NCBI GenBank assembly: GCA_001430755.1
Contig: CP013062.1
Span: 450,001-482,000, forward strand
Direction of reading: 5' to 3'
Length of the DNA stretch: 32,000 bases
DNA from: Candidatus Peribacter riflensis
GTDB taxonomy: Bacteria > Patescibacteriota > Gracilibacteria > Peribacterales > Peribacteraceae
Program-made: the position numbers and the translations under genes
In this document: in pieces, positions 22,690-31,376 of the stretch
Numbering within the stretch: position 1 is the first letter of the stretch
Layout of the letters: the number at the start of each line of letters is the position of its first letter
Notes under the pieces: model-generated
Told to the model about the DNA's origin: nothing
Seen by the model: only the letters and a program-made list of their open reading frames with translations
Database searches by the model: none

Positions 22690-23822
22690 TGACTCACGGC
22701 AGCCGAAACCGCTTCAACCACTCTCGCATCGAACACGCCCGGGATGATCTCGCCTACCGTGGGTTGCGGCACGAGTGCGGCGAGAGCCTCGGCAGCCTTC
22801 ACCAGCATGCCGGGGGTGATGCGCCGGATGCGCGCATCGAGGGCGCCCCGAAAAATACCCGGAAACACGAGCACGTTATTGAGCTGATTGGGGAAGTCGC
22901 TCCGTCCGGTCGCCACCACGGCCGCTCCGGCCGCCCTGGCCGCATCGGGCATCATCTCGGGGTCGGGATTGGCGAGGGCGAAGATGATGGGATCTTTGGC
23001 CATGACGGCGATCATCTCGGGCTTGAGCACCCCCGGCTTGCTTACACCCACGAAGGCGTCGGCTCCCTTGAGAGCATCATAGAGCATGCAGCAGGCATCG
23101 CTCTTGTTGGTGAATGAGGCCAGCAGCACTTTGAGCCAGCCCAAGTCGTCGCGATGTGATGTCACCACTCCCTTGGAATCCGTCACGATGATGTCTCCCA
23201 CGCCGTAAGAGTGGAGCAGGCGCACGATGGCCGACCCCGCCGCTCCGGCACCCGAGACGACGATTTTCATTTTCGAGAGCTCCTTCCCGACCACCTTCGC
23301 CGCATTGAGCATTCCCGCCAGCACGACCGTGGCCGTGCCGTGCTGGTCATCGTGAAAGACGGGGATATCGAGTGCGGTCGAAAGACGCTGTTCGATCTCG
23401 ACGCAGCGCGGGGCCGAAATATCCTCCAGATTGATGCCGCCGAACACGGGCGCAAGGGCCGTCACGATGCGCACGATCTCCTCCACGTTCTGTGTTTCGA
23501 GCGCGATGGGAAAAGCATCGACGCCTGCGAACCGCTTGAAGAGCGCGCACTTGCCCTCCATCACCGGCAGCGACGCCTTGGCCCCGATGTTGCCGAGGCC
23601 CAAGACGGCCGAGCCGTCGGTGATCACCGCGACGGTGTGCGATTTGATCGTGTAGCGGTACACCTGCTCGGGATCCTGTGCGATCGCCCGGCAGGGGGCC
23701 GCCACGCCGGGAGTGTAGGCGAGCGAGAGATCTTCTTTCGTCTCGAGCGGGACGGTGGTTTCCACGCGCAATTTTCCCCGTACCTTCGCGTGGAGATCGA
23801 GAGAAGCGTCATCGTAGGACAT
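22686..23822 (-). CDS. NAD(P)-dependent malic enzyme (short form)
   Basis: The internal ATG at 23822 gives MSYDDASLDLHAKVRGKL...LSLAYTPGVA. Further motifs are VITDGSAVLGLGNIG, the Rossmann stretch VVSGAGAAG and ANPDPE. The upstream 60 aa of the ORF track are implausible. Confidence 0.93.
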   Translation of the reverse strand: MSYDDASLDLHAKVRGKLRVETTVPLETKEDLSLAYTPGVAAPCRAIAQDPEQVYRYTIKSHTVAVITDGSAVLGLGNIGAKASLPVMEGKCALFKRFAGVDAFPIALETQNVEEIVRIVTALAPVFGGINLEDISAPRCVEIEQRLSTALDIPVFHDDQHGTATVVLAGMLNAAKVVGKELSKMKIVVSGAGAAGSAIVRLLHSYGVGDIIVTDSKGVVTSHRDDLGWLKVLLASFTNKSDACCMLYDALKGADAFVGVSKPGVLKPEMIAVMAKDPIIFALANPDPEMMPDAARAAGAAVVATGRSDFPNQLNNVLVFPGIFRGALDARIRRITPGMLVKAAEALAALVPQPTVGEIIPGVFDARVVEAVSAAVSH

Positions 23823-23959
23823 GAGGGCACAAGAGGAATGGGCCGCGAGTATACAGCACGAAAGAATGTCAACTTCTCTAGACATCTCGGTCCTGCTGCC
23901 TATACTGCCCCGGACGATGTCGGAGGAGGCTGGTCCTTGGCAGCAAAGGAGGCTTAGCC

Positions 23960-24511
23960 ATGAGACAGTGTGCACTGAGCTCGGACGAGCTGGGAGCTGC
24001 ACTGAAGATTCGCACCCAGAGGCGTGTTATTGATGTGCAGGGTAACGGCTCAGGTTTCCCGTGGTTTCCCGAGGGGCTTGCGGTTCCCTTGGGTGTTGAT
24101 CGCAATGATCGTCCCCGTCACCTCTGCGAAGAGGAGCGGACGATCAGGGGTTTCTCTCTTGTGTTTCCCGTCGTCTTCTACGACGCAGGGACGGACACGA
24201 GGAGGGGACCCGAAGAATCCTTCAGGCCCTACTGGATCGAGTGGATGGCTATCCATACTTGGATGCCGATGCCCGATCAAGGCGCATGGAGGGACGGTAC
24301 CATCCTGGAGGGAGTCAATGCCGTGGCGCAGACGCCTGAAGTGGGCAGCCTGCGCTGCCATGACTACGCCTGGCACCAGACATCTGGGCAGGTCTATCTC
24401 CTGGGTGAAAAGCTTGTGGTGCATTGTGGAGGGAGCGGTTCCTTCCACCATCGGCTCTTCGTGCGAACGGCGCTTTGTCCGTGCCCGCCGCGAGAGCTGG
24501 TGCGATACTAG
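23960..24511 (+). CDS. hypothetical protein (183 aa)
   Basis: A strong SD, AAGGAGG (23946-23952), lies 7 nt from the ATG. A strong intrinsic terminator follows at 24560-24597. I recognise no motif. Confidence 0.65.
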   Translation: MRQCALSSDELGAALKIRTQRRVIDVQGNGSGFPWFPEGLAVPLGVDRNDRPRHLCEEERTIRGFSLVFPVVFYDAGTDTRRGPEESFRPYWIEWMAIHTWMPMPDQGAWRDGTILEGVNAVAQTPEVGSLRCHDYAWHQTSGQVYLLGEKLVVHCGGSGSFHHRLFVRTALCPCPPRELVRY

Positions 24512-24559
24512 AACCTGGCAATGAATGCCCCGGACTGGCTGATGTCGACATCGCTCATT

Positions 24560-24597
24560 GCACCGTTTTCCGGGAGACTGGAAAGCGGTGCTTTTTT
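24560..24597 (+). terminator. rho-independent terminator
   Basis: 12-bp stem gcaccgttttcc/ggaaagcggtgc (one G.U pair), an 8-nt loop, then TTTTTT. Confidence 0.75.
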
Positions 24598-24701
24598 AGG
24601 AAATGCTCATGGTTTTTGGCTTGCAGACTGGCGAATCCAAGGGAGTTTTCAGGGTTGACCGGGAGGGCTAGAATCCAGATGTCCTTTCCCCCCCATCTCT
24701 C

Positions 24702-25157
24702 ATGCCCAAGAAATCCCGCTCGAAGAAGAAGGCCAAGAAAGTGACGAAGAGAAAGGTGAAGAAGACCGCGAAGCGCAAGCCCGCTCGCCGTGCGAAAAAA
24801 GCGGCGAAGAAAGTGAAGAAGGTGAAGAAAGTGAAAAAGGCGAAGAGGAAGACCAAGGCCAAGGCCGCCAAGAAAGTCACTGCAGCCAGGAAGAAGCTGG
24901 TGAAGACGATTGCAGAGAAAGTGATCGGCAAGGTGACGCACTACTACGATCACATCGGAGTCGCCGTGGTCGATGTGCAGTCCACGATCCGCGTGGGAGA
25001 TACGATCCGCCTCAGACACGGGGACCGCGAGTTCACGCAGACCGTGCAATCCCTGCAGGTGAATCACACTCCCATTGCCTCCGCTGCCAAGGGGCAGGAA
25101 GTGGGCATGAAGGTGAATGAGGTGGCCGCGGAGGGAACGCTCGTGCTTCCGGCGTAA
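24702..25157 (+). CDS. Lys/Ala-rich histone-H1-like N-terminal tail fused to a translation-elongation-factor-like beta-barrel domain
   Basis: Residues 1-65 are about half Lys/Arg (KKAKKVTKRKVKKTAKRKPARRAKKAAKKVKKVKKVKK...). The C-terminal GKVTHYYDHIGVAVVDV...VGDTIRL...QSLQVNH..I..A.KGQEVGMKV resembles stand-alone EF-Tu-domain-2-like proteins. Confidence 0.85.
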   Translation: MPKKSRSKKKAKKVTKRKVKKTAKRKPARRAKKAAKKVKKVKKVKKAKRKTKAKAAKKVTAARKKLVKTIAEKVIGKVTHYYDHIGVAVVDVQSTIRVGDTIRLRHGDREFTQTVQSLQVNHTPIASAAKGQEVGMKVNEVAAEGTLVLPA

Positions 25158-25164
25158 GTGCGCA

Positions 25165-25440
25165 ATGCAGAATCGGTCCTCCAGCTCCGGCAGAGATTCC
25201 GTGGCGCGTACGGTCGGACAGACCTTTGCGACCCTGCAACACCTCATGGATCTCACGTTCGTCTGGGGCAGCCGCAAGTTGAAGCAGGTGGGGGGCGAAC
25301 CTGCAGAGCAGACAAAGCGGAAAGGTGCTGTGGCTCTGCTGAAGCGCAGTGGGCGGGCGACGGCACGGTTTCTCGGGACGATGGGGGATGCCTACTATGA
25401 GTGGTATGAAAGACTGAAGGCCCGGAAGATGAAGGAATGA
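25165..25440 (+). CDS. hypothetical basic protein (91 aa)
   Basis: The ATG lies 7 nt after the preceding stop, which suggests an operon with 24702-25157. I recognise no motif. Confidence 0.45.
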   Translation: MQNRSSSSGRDSVARTVGQTFATLQHLMDLTFVWGSRKLKQVGGEPAEQTKRKGAVALLKRSGRATARFLGTMGDAYYEWYERLKARKMKE

Positions 25441-25530
25441 GGATGCTTGTATGAATTATTGCCACCTCTGTCAGGTGATAGAGCAGGGATCAGTCCCTTG
25501 CTGAAGAATCAATACATCTGTTTCTTTTAT

Positions 25531-25590
25531 GGGGGGCTTAAGGAACCTTGTTCGCCTGCCTGCCGGCAGGCAGGGTTCCCTCAGCCCCCC
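25531..25590. repeat. 60-nt composite palindrome
   Basis: The perfect 20-bp core is cctgcctgccggcaggcagg (25555-25574). It is flanked by ggaac/gttcc and ggggggct/agcccccc pairings. Confidence 0.8.
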
Positions 25591-25682
25591 ATACCCCCGT
25601 CACCTTCCTAACAGTAACCCGCACCGATCTAACCACTCGTTTCTGCCTGTCACCTATCCGTTCTATGCAGAGGTGTGTGTTT

Positions 25683-25710
25683 TTGTTGGTTTCTGATTTC
25701 TTCGTATAAT
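25683..25710 (+). promoter_or_regulatory. strong promoter-like element: TTGTTG-16-TATAAT
   Basis: ttgttggtttctgatttcttcgtataat. The -10 ends about 180 nt upstream of the next start codon (25890). No ORF begins near the predicted TSS. Confidence 0.45.
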
Positions 25711-25817
25711 CATCGCGAAGTTGTGAGATGTTCTCCGCCGTGTCGCGCAGCGACATCAATCATTCGTGCCGAAGCGCGGGTCTCGCGGGTTCCCGCGCTG
25801 GAGGCACTCCTCTCAAG

Positions 25818-25865
25818 GGAAAAGAGAGCTCATGAGAGAAAAACCGTTAGGTTTGTCTCTCATGA
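25818..25865. repeat. palindromic repeat element, copy B (compact hairpin)
   Basis: tcatgagagaaaaacc-gtta-ggtttgtctctcatga. It is the reverse complement of copy A without the 33-nt insert. Confidence 0.85.
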
Positions 25866-25889
25866 AAGCTGTACAATGACCTCCCGGAT

Positions 25890-27428
25890 ATGGATCCGGT
25901 TCAGCAGTTTCTGCGGCAGAAGCATGTGTATACCTTCGGCGTCGCCGCCCTCTTCTTGGCCGTGCTGGCGGTGTACCTCCCCAGCCTCGCACATCCTTTC
26001 ATGAGCGACGATTACCACGTGCTCGCCGCGCTCGCGAGCCAGCCCAAGGATCTCGTCTTCTTCTTCACGGGGAACGGCAAGTACCTGATCCCCGTCACGA
26101 AGCTCTTCTGGGTCGTGCAGTACGCGCTGTTTCAGACGAATGCGTGGGGGTTCCACCTCGCTTCTCTCCTGCTGCACCTCGCCAATACCGCTCTCGTCAC
26201 CCTCTTCTTTACGCGACTGTTCCGATCCAAGTGGCAAGGGCTCCTCACCGGCGTCTTCTTCGGTCTCTCGGCCAGCCACTGGCGCACGACCATGTGGATT
26301 TCTGCTCAGGTAAAGCTGCTTGCGGCTCTCTTTCTGCTGCTCGCACTCCTCTCGTTCCTCTCGTTTCTGCGCACGGGGCAGTGGCGCTTTCTCTGGGGAA
26401 CGGCACTCGCACAAGTGGCCATGCCCTTTGCGAGCGCGCTCGGCATGGAACTGCCCTTCATCCTGCTCACGCTGTACCTCTTTCAGAGGCAGGTCGATCC
26501 CAAGCGCGTGAAGGTGGCGTCACGGCAGGCCTGGAGCGCGCTCGCCCTCATCGCCGGTCTCTGTATCGTCTACGTGGTGCTGCAGCACACCCTCTACGCG
26601 CACGCCAACACGTTCTTGCTGAGCGACCAGGGGATCTTCAGTGCAATTCAGAATATCCCCCGCGCAGCGCGGTGGCTGATGCGCGGGATTTTCGAAGGGT
26701 TGCTCCGCTCCTCCACGGGTGTCTTCGTCGGAGCGGTTCCCTCCATTTTCTCGCTGCACGGCGCCGCCGTGCCGCTGGGAGTGATCATGCTGCCGCTGGT
26801 GATGTTTCCGGTGCTGGTTTTCGTTCCCAAGCGCCGCTGGGACCGGCCGTTCATCCTGCTCCTCCTGCTTCTGACGGCGTGGGTCGTGCTGCTCTATGCA
26901 CCCCCCATTCTCCCGGATATGGCACAGCGGTTCACGGAGCAGTGGTTCATCACGCGGCCGCGCTACTTCTACCTGCCCATGATCCCCATGGCGGCGATCA
27001 TCGCTGTGCTCCTCACGACGGTGCGCACGACGCGCAGGCATCCACTCCGGCGCTGGAGCACGCTGGCCGCTCTGGTGATCTTCGGAGGGTTCGTCGTGCT
27101 GAGTAACCTGCAGCGCATCCGCTTTCATGAGCAATTCGCCGCCGAACAGACGCAGCAATTCGCCGTCGTGCGCGATGCGCTCGTCGCCGACTTGCGCGGG
27201 CTTCTTCGGCAGACCTGGGGCACGCGCGTGCTCACCATCCGCGACAGCGTGCTGGGGCAGGTGACCGGCATGGACTACGCCGCGCACAACGTGCTGCCCT
27301 CGCACCTCGCACGCGCCTACCTCACCCCCGCCGAGCGCGCGTCATTCCGCTTTCTGCCCGAAGGGGTTCCGGCGGACTTCGGCATCACCCCGCAGGGCAG
27401 ACTCTGGCCGCCCGTTGCTCAGCAGTAG
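25890..27428 (+). CDS. polytopic membrane protein, putative GT-C (PMT/ArnT-like) glycosyltransferase
   Basis: 512 aa with more than 10 predicted TM helices and an early extracytoplasmic-loop DD motif (HPFMSDDYH), typical of GT-C enzymes. The family assignment is tentative. Confidence 0.8.
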   Translation: MDPVQQFLRQKHVYTFGVAALFLAVLAVYLPSLAHPFMSDDYHVLAALASQPKDLVFFFTGNGKYLIPVTKLFWVVQYALFQTNAWGFHLASLLLHLANTALVTLFFTRLFRSKWQGLLTGVFFGLSASHWRTTMWISAQVKLLAALFLLLALLSFLSFLRTGQWRFLWGTALAQVAMPFASALGMELPFILLTLYLFQRQVDPKRVKVASRQAWSALALIAGLCIVYVVLQHTLYAHANTFLLSDQGIFSAIQNIPRAARWLMRGIFEGLLRSSTGVFVGAVPSIFSLHGAAVPLGVIMLPLVMFPVLVFVPKRRWDRPFILLLLLLTAWVVLLYAPPILPDMAQRFTEQWFITRPRYFYLPMIPMAAIIAVLLTTVRTTRRHPLRRWSTLAALVIFGGFVVLSNLQRIRFHEQFAAEQTQQFAVVRDALVADLRGLLRQTWGTRVLTIRDSVLGQVTGMDYAAHNVLPSHLARAYLTPAERASFRFLPEGVPADFGITPQGRLWPPVAQQ

Positions 27429-27494
27429 CAGTCTTCGCTGCAGAATCGCCTTTCGGCAGCAGAGTGGATCGAAGTGCGCTATCCTGCCCCCCGC

Positions 27495-28304
27495 ATGGCA
27501 GCCCCGTACAAGATCCCCACCCCCACCCTCCTGTACGTGCACGAGAATCTGCTCCCGCACGTTCGACACCGGTTTGGCATCGATTCGTACGAGTACCAGC
27601 TCGCCACGGATTTCATCGCGCACATCGCCGCCGAGAAAAACGTGCGCATGGGCACGCTGGAGGAGCAATTGGGCTCGCTGTACCTGCAGTTCTTCCCACC
27701 ACCCGGGGCTTTTGACGTGACGCTCGGCTTCGGGCGTAAAGGCGAGATCATCGCGCGGCTGCTCAACAGGCGCTGGGGGTGTTTCCCCCACATCCACCGA
27801 CTGGATATCACGCGCTACGAACAGGAGGATGGCAGCCATGTGCTCAAGAGCAAGACGGATGTTTCGATCGAAGAGCAGATCGCAAAGGCAGTGACCTCCA
27901 AGTCCATCGCCATCGTCGATGACGTGCTCTTCACGGGGTTCACCGCGTTCTCGATCTTGAACCTGCTCCCGCGCCACGCGTGCGACTGCATCCACCTCTT
28001 CTTTACGCGCGGCATGGAGGTGACCCGCAAAAGCCTGGAGGAGAAAGGCCACCGCGCGGCTGTAGGTGTGTGCCTGAAAGGAAAAATCGAGGAGGACGTG
28101 AGTACGATCTCCTCCATGAACCTGGTGGCCAAGGGCGCCATTCACACCCCCACGGAAGGGGATATCAGCTACGCCCAGCGGCAGGAGTGGGTGGAGGCGT
28201 GGTTCCCTGCACGCACCAAGCGCATCCTCGATCTGGCGCACGCCATCACCACCCTCGTGAAGAGCTTTGAACCGACCTCCGAGACCGAAGAGACCATTGT
28301 CTGA
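27495..28304 (+). CDS. phosphoribosyltransferase-domain protein (atypical)
   Basis: PRPP-binding loop SIAIVDDVLFTGFT and an upstream GFGRKGEIIARLL element. N- and C-terminal extensions are unlike the classical PRTases I know. A GTG at 27474 is an alternative start. Confidence 0.75.
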   Translation: MAAPYKIPTPTLLYVHENLLPHVRHRFGIDSYEYQLATDFIAHIAAEKNVRMGTLEEQLGSLYLQFFPPPGAFDVTLGFGRKGEIIARLLNRRWGCFPHIHRLDITRYEQEDGSHVLKSKTDVSIEEQIAKAVTSKSIAIVDDVLFTGFTAFSILNLLPRHACDCIHLFFTRGMEVTRKSLEEKGHRAAVGVCLKGKIEEDVSTISSMNLVAKGAIHTPTEGDISYAQRQEWVEAWFPARTKRILDLAHAITTLVKSFEPTSETEETIV

Positions 28305-28322
28305 TCCTTGGGGGGAAGTGTG

Positions 28323-28350
28323 TTGACGCACGCAAAAAATGTAATAGGAT
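28323..28350 (+). promoter_or_regulatory. putative promoter: TTGACG-16-TAGGAT
   Basis: ttgacgcacgcaaaaaatgtaataggat. It predicts a leader of about 110 nt ending in a strong SD before 28465. Confidence 0.4.
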
Positions 28351-28464
28351 GCTGAAAACTGTTCTTTGGCAATTTTCGCATATCGTCCTCTGCTCTTGCG
28401 GCCTTCTACCGAGGGCCCCGTGTTTTCACACGCATGAAGGAGAGCAGTATTAAAGGAGGGTCCC

Positions 28465-28728
28465 ATGGGACACTACCAACCGCCGGTCGTGAAGAGGCAG
28501 GTTCCGCACTCTCACGGATCGCAGGCAGGCACGCGCACAAAGGTGCCGTGCCCGCAGTGTGGGATGATGGTCAAGGCGAAGAATCTCGAATCGCATAAGA
28601 CCAAGCGATGCCCGAAGCGCGACATGGAAGCACGTAAGAAGCTGCACGTGAAGCCCCCGCGCGAGCCCGTCTACGTGGAACGCCAGACGGTCCCGCCCCG
28701 ACGCACCGAACGCCCGTACTGGATGTAA
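28465..28728 (+). CDS. small basic zinc-ribbon-like protein (87 aa)
   Basis: A strong SD, AAGGAGGG, lies 4 nt from the ATG. The C-x2-C...H-x4-C pattern is CPQCG...HKTKRC. A 13-bp stem-loop follows. Confidence 0.6.
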   Translation: MGHYQPPVVKRQVPHSHGSQAGTRTKVPCPQCGMMVKAKNLESHKTKRCPKRDMEARKKLHVKPPREPVYVERQTVPPRRTERPYWM

Positions 28729-28759
28729 ATATCCAGTCCCCGGTCCAGATCCTCTTTCT

Positions 28760-28791
28760 GGAGCCCACTGTGTTGATACACAGTGGGCTCC
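28760..28791. terminator. perfect 13-bp stem-loop between convergent genes
   Basis: ggagcccactgtg-ttgata-cacagtgggctcc. There is no U-tract on either strand, so terminator function is uncertain. Confidence 0.4.
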
Positions 28792-28837
28792 CAATCAACA
28801 CTCAAGCGCAGATGACGTCATGCCACAGCCGTCGCAC

Positions 28838-29899
28838 TCATTTCTTTCTCTGCTGCAGAAAGATCTGCCGGACATCGAAAACCGGAGAGGGGCGATCCCT
28901 GCCTGCCATATTTGTTCGCAGGTCTTTGGCGAACTCGCTGCCGCCACGCACGACGACATCGGTCCCCGGAGAGGTGACGTACACGTCCTCCTCGGCAAGG
29001 CACTCAGCGATCGCGCGGCGAATCCGCACATCGATCCCGCCGAGGGCCAGCATCATGCCTCCTTCCGGAAGGGATGTAACGATCTTCTGTGCACATTCCC
29101 TGCGACGCGCATCCCCATCGGCCACCGAGCGCGGCAGACCGATGAGGTCGCGCAGACGCGCATGCTCCGAGAGATAAATCAGCGGAAAGGGTCCACCCAG
29201 CCGTTCCCGCGGGATCTCGTGCAGAGACCCGATGTGCTGGTGCTCGAGAAAAGGATCATCCGTCGCCGAGAGGAACGTCGTCTGCTGCGCAGTCGCCGAC
29301 TCGTTGCCGCGCCCGCTCTTCTCCACCGTGAGCGGCAGTTGGCTCAGTGCATCGGCATGGAGCAGCAGTCGTCCACCCTGCTGCCGCACGCCGTTACGCA
29401 CCGCTTGCACAGGGCTTCGGCGCAGCTGCGCCAGGAGCTCTGCCGTTTGCAGCGTGTCGTTCGTGTGCAGAGTGGGCGAGAGGCCGAAGTTGGGGAACAT
29501 CTGTGGATGGTAAGCCTTGTTCCCCACGGTCTGCACGTGTGCGCGGTGATTGGGATACCTGCTCGCCGCCGCAGCCTCGCGCAGACTGGAGCTGATCATC
29601 AGGCAGGCGAAATCCCCGGGGGCCTTGGCCATCACGGCATGGTAGAGGGAGGGGAGCGTCGAAAATGCCTCCGTGTCTAAGAAGCCGTCATTCCCCTGCA
29701 GCTGGCCGTTCGGGGTGCCGTAGACGGTAATCGCGCCTTCGCGCAGGGCCTGTTCTCTGCCGGTGCTGTAGGAGGATGTTTCCATCGTATTCACCGTAGA
29801 ATCGGCCAATACGCTGTCAATGCCCGCACCCGTTTCAACCAAGCCGAGGTGTGCTAGACTGAAGGGTTTGCCTGTCAAAAACAGACGGTTAATGCACAT
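28838..29899 (-). CDS. hypothetical protein (353 aa) starting Met-Cys
   Basis: Only the 3' 1062 nt of the 591-aa ORF look coding. The 5' part is antisense to a better + strand gene. The ATG at 29899 gives MCINRLFLTGKPFSL... I recognise no confident family. Confidence 0.65.
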   Translation of the reverse strand: MCINRLFLTGKPFSLAHLGLVETGAGIDSVLADSTVNTMETSSYSTGREQALREGAITVYGTPNGQLQGNDGFLDTEAFSTLPSLYHAVMAKAPGDFACLMISSSLREAAAASRYPNHRAHVQTVGNKAYHPQMFPNFGLSPTLHTNDTLQTAELLAQLRRSPVQAVRNGVRQQGGRLLLHADALSQLPLTVEKSGRGNESATAQQTTFLSATDDPFLEHQHIGSLHEIPRERLGGPFPLIYLSEHARLRDLIGLPRSVADGDARRRECAQKIVTSLPEGGMMLALGGIDVRIRRAIAECLAEEDVYVTSPGTDVVVRGGSEFAKDLRTNMAGRDRPSPVFDVRQIFLQQRKK

Positions 29900-29947
29900 T
29901 GACTCCGGCTCCGGGTGAGACGAGCATGTCCGCCATTCTCTTTCCCC

Positions 29948-30676
29948 ATGGCATCCCTTTCTCCTACAGCCGTCTCGATGTACCGCGAAGTCGCCGCCGA
30001 GCAGGTGGGGGATTTTAAAGGCGATCTCGCTATCGTGCTCCGGGAGCAGTGCGCCTCGCCGGAGTTCGCCGGAGGATCGGTGACGGAGTTCCTCTCGAAA
30101 CTGCCGCACTGCACGAGCGCAGGAAAAGCTGCTCCGACCGTCGATGCTTTCTACGCCGAAAAGATGCTCACCGATACCCGCGCAGCCCTGCTGGAGATTG
30201 TGCAAGAAGACCGGCATACGGCCGAGATGTTGGCCGAAGTGCACCGGGATGATGTGGACGTGAGTGAGAGCACCGATCCCGATCAGCCATCGCAACGGGA
30301 ACTGGATCGTTACATCAAGAAAACCACCGGGGGTGATCAGGACGCCGTGGACCGGGCGATCCGGAGTGAGCGAAACGCCTCGGATGAAGACGTGAACGCC
30401 AGCTTTCGGTCGACATTCGCCCATCGTGGAGAAGAGGACTTGGACTTCAGTGCACTCCCGCCCAGCATCTGTTACCAGGAAGCGACGCGCACACTCATCT
30501 GCGGCGTTCTGCAGGAGTGTGCGGGAGGGGACTTTACGGTAACCCCCCGTCTGCAACCGCTCATCGAAGGGGGCGTGCTGACCCAGAAGACGGCACAGCA
30601 GATCTGCCGGCACATCCGCACCCTGGTAGATAAGCTCAAATTCGACTCGACCGGTAAGGTGGATGCGATGGATTGA
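29948..30676 (+). CDS. hypothetical acidic protein (242 aa)
   Basis: Host-like GC3-rich codon usage and an Asp/Glu-rich composition. The ATG at 29948 (MASLSPTAV...) is preferred. A GTG at 29915 is an alternative. Confidence 0.65.
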   Translation: MASLSPTAVSMYREVAAEQVGDFKGDLAIVLREQCASPEFAGGSVTEFLSKLPHCTSAGKAAPTVDAFYAEKMLTDTRAALLEIVQEDRHTAEMLAEVHRDDVDVSESTDPDQPSQRELDRYIKKTTGGDQDAVDRAIRSERNASDEDVNASFRSTFAHRGEEDLDFSALPPSICYQEATRTLICGVLQECAGGDFTVTPRLQPLIEGGVLTQKTAQQICRHIRTLVDKLKFDSTGKVDAMD

Positions 30677-30762
30677 CCGAACAGCAGTGCGGTGCAGGAA
30701 AACGGAGGTAGCGCAGCATGTGCACTACCCCCGTATCCCCTCCAGGAAAACCCCGGAGACTC

Positions 30763-31122
30763 TCAAACGGACCGCTTCGGCTTCTTGGGCCGATTCGACA
30801 GCACACAGCAGGCATCGTACGGCGCATCGTTGATATGCAGCACGTACCAGAGAATCTGGAACTGCGGCAGCCGGATCTTGCGTACTGCCAAAAACAGAAA
30901 TAGACCGTGCGGCGGTTGCGTAACGGTCAACCATTGGCAGTGCTGCTTCTTCCAGGCTCGGTCGATCATCGCAAGCGTGACGGCTTGGGGAAAGCGGACA
31001 CGAATCTGCTGTACCCCCCGAGGTTTCCGGATCGTGAGAATCCCCGTAAGGATTCTTCCTATCCGGCGGATGACGAACGTGTGGGGCATGTTGTCCCACT
31101 TGAGCACAAGCGGCTTCTTCAT
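30763..31122 (-). CDS. hypothetical basic protein (119 aa)
   Basis: The internal ATG at 31122 (MKKPLVLKWDNMPH...) is preceded by GGAG 9 nt upstream. The C-terminus is basic (PKKPKRSV). I recognise no family. Confidence 0.45.
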   Translation of the reverse strand: MKKPLVLKWDNMPHTFVIRRIGRILTGILTIRKPRGVQQIRVRFPQAVTLAMIDRAWKKQHCQWLTVTQPPHGLFLFLAVRKIRLPQFQILWYVLHINDAPYDACCVLSNRPKKPKRSV

Positions 31123-31295
31123 TATTCGGTCTCCAGAACGTGTAGGGAGGGGATCTGACCCCTCCGTTTGGTAAACGAAAGAGCCAAGTGACTCCCTACG
31201 AGCAGTGCTGTGAAGGACCGCGAAAGTGGCTAAAGCTACGCGCTTTCGGCGGCAATCGAAAGGGGAAACAGGCTGGTTTTTCAGGCCTATTGTAT

Positions 31296-31323
31296 TAGAC
31301 ATCACCGAAGCGGGTTCTAGACT
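31296..31323 (+). promoter_or_regulatory. putative promoter: TAGACA-16-TAGACT
   Basis: tagacatcaccgaagcgggttctagact. The -10 ends 53 nt upstream of the ATG at 31377. Confidence 0.35.
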
Positions 31324-31376
31324 CCCCTGCGTTCAGACAGTCAGCCGGTCGTTCACAACACAGGAGGATCTATTTC

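Noticed and set aside
24705-24900. Periodic gtgaagaa/aagaaagt repeats as a possible CRISPR or tandem repeat array
   Set aside because: The periodicity is codon-level (Lys/Val/Ala codons) inside a clear ORF with a folded C-terminal domain. There is no repeat-spacer structure.
25538-25759. 73-aa minus-strand ORF in the long non-coding gap
   Set aside because: Its C-terminal third is the translation of the palindrome (LPAGRQA...). It has no start context and overlaps the predicted + strand promoter. It is more likely non-coding.
29900-30613. The 5' 238 codons of the 591-aa minus-strand ORF
   Set aside because: This part is antisense to a + strand ORF (29948-30676) that has host-like GC3 codon usage and a plausible acidic protein sequence. 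The minus-strand translation here is Arg/His/Cys-rich. A good ATG (Met-Cys) at 29899 gives a coherent 353-aa product.
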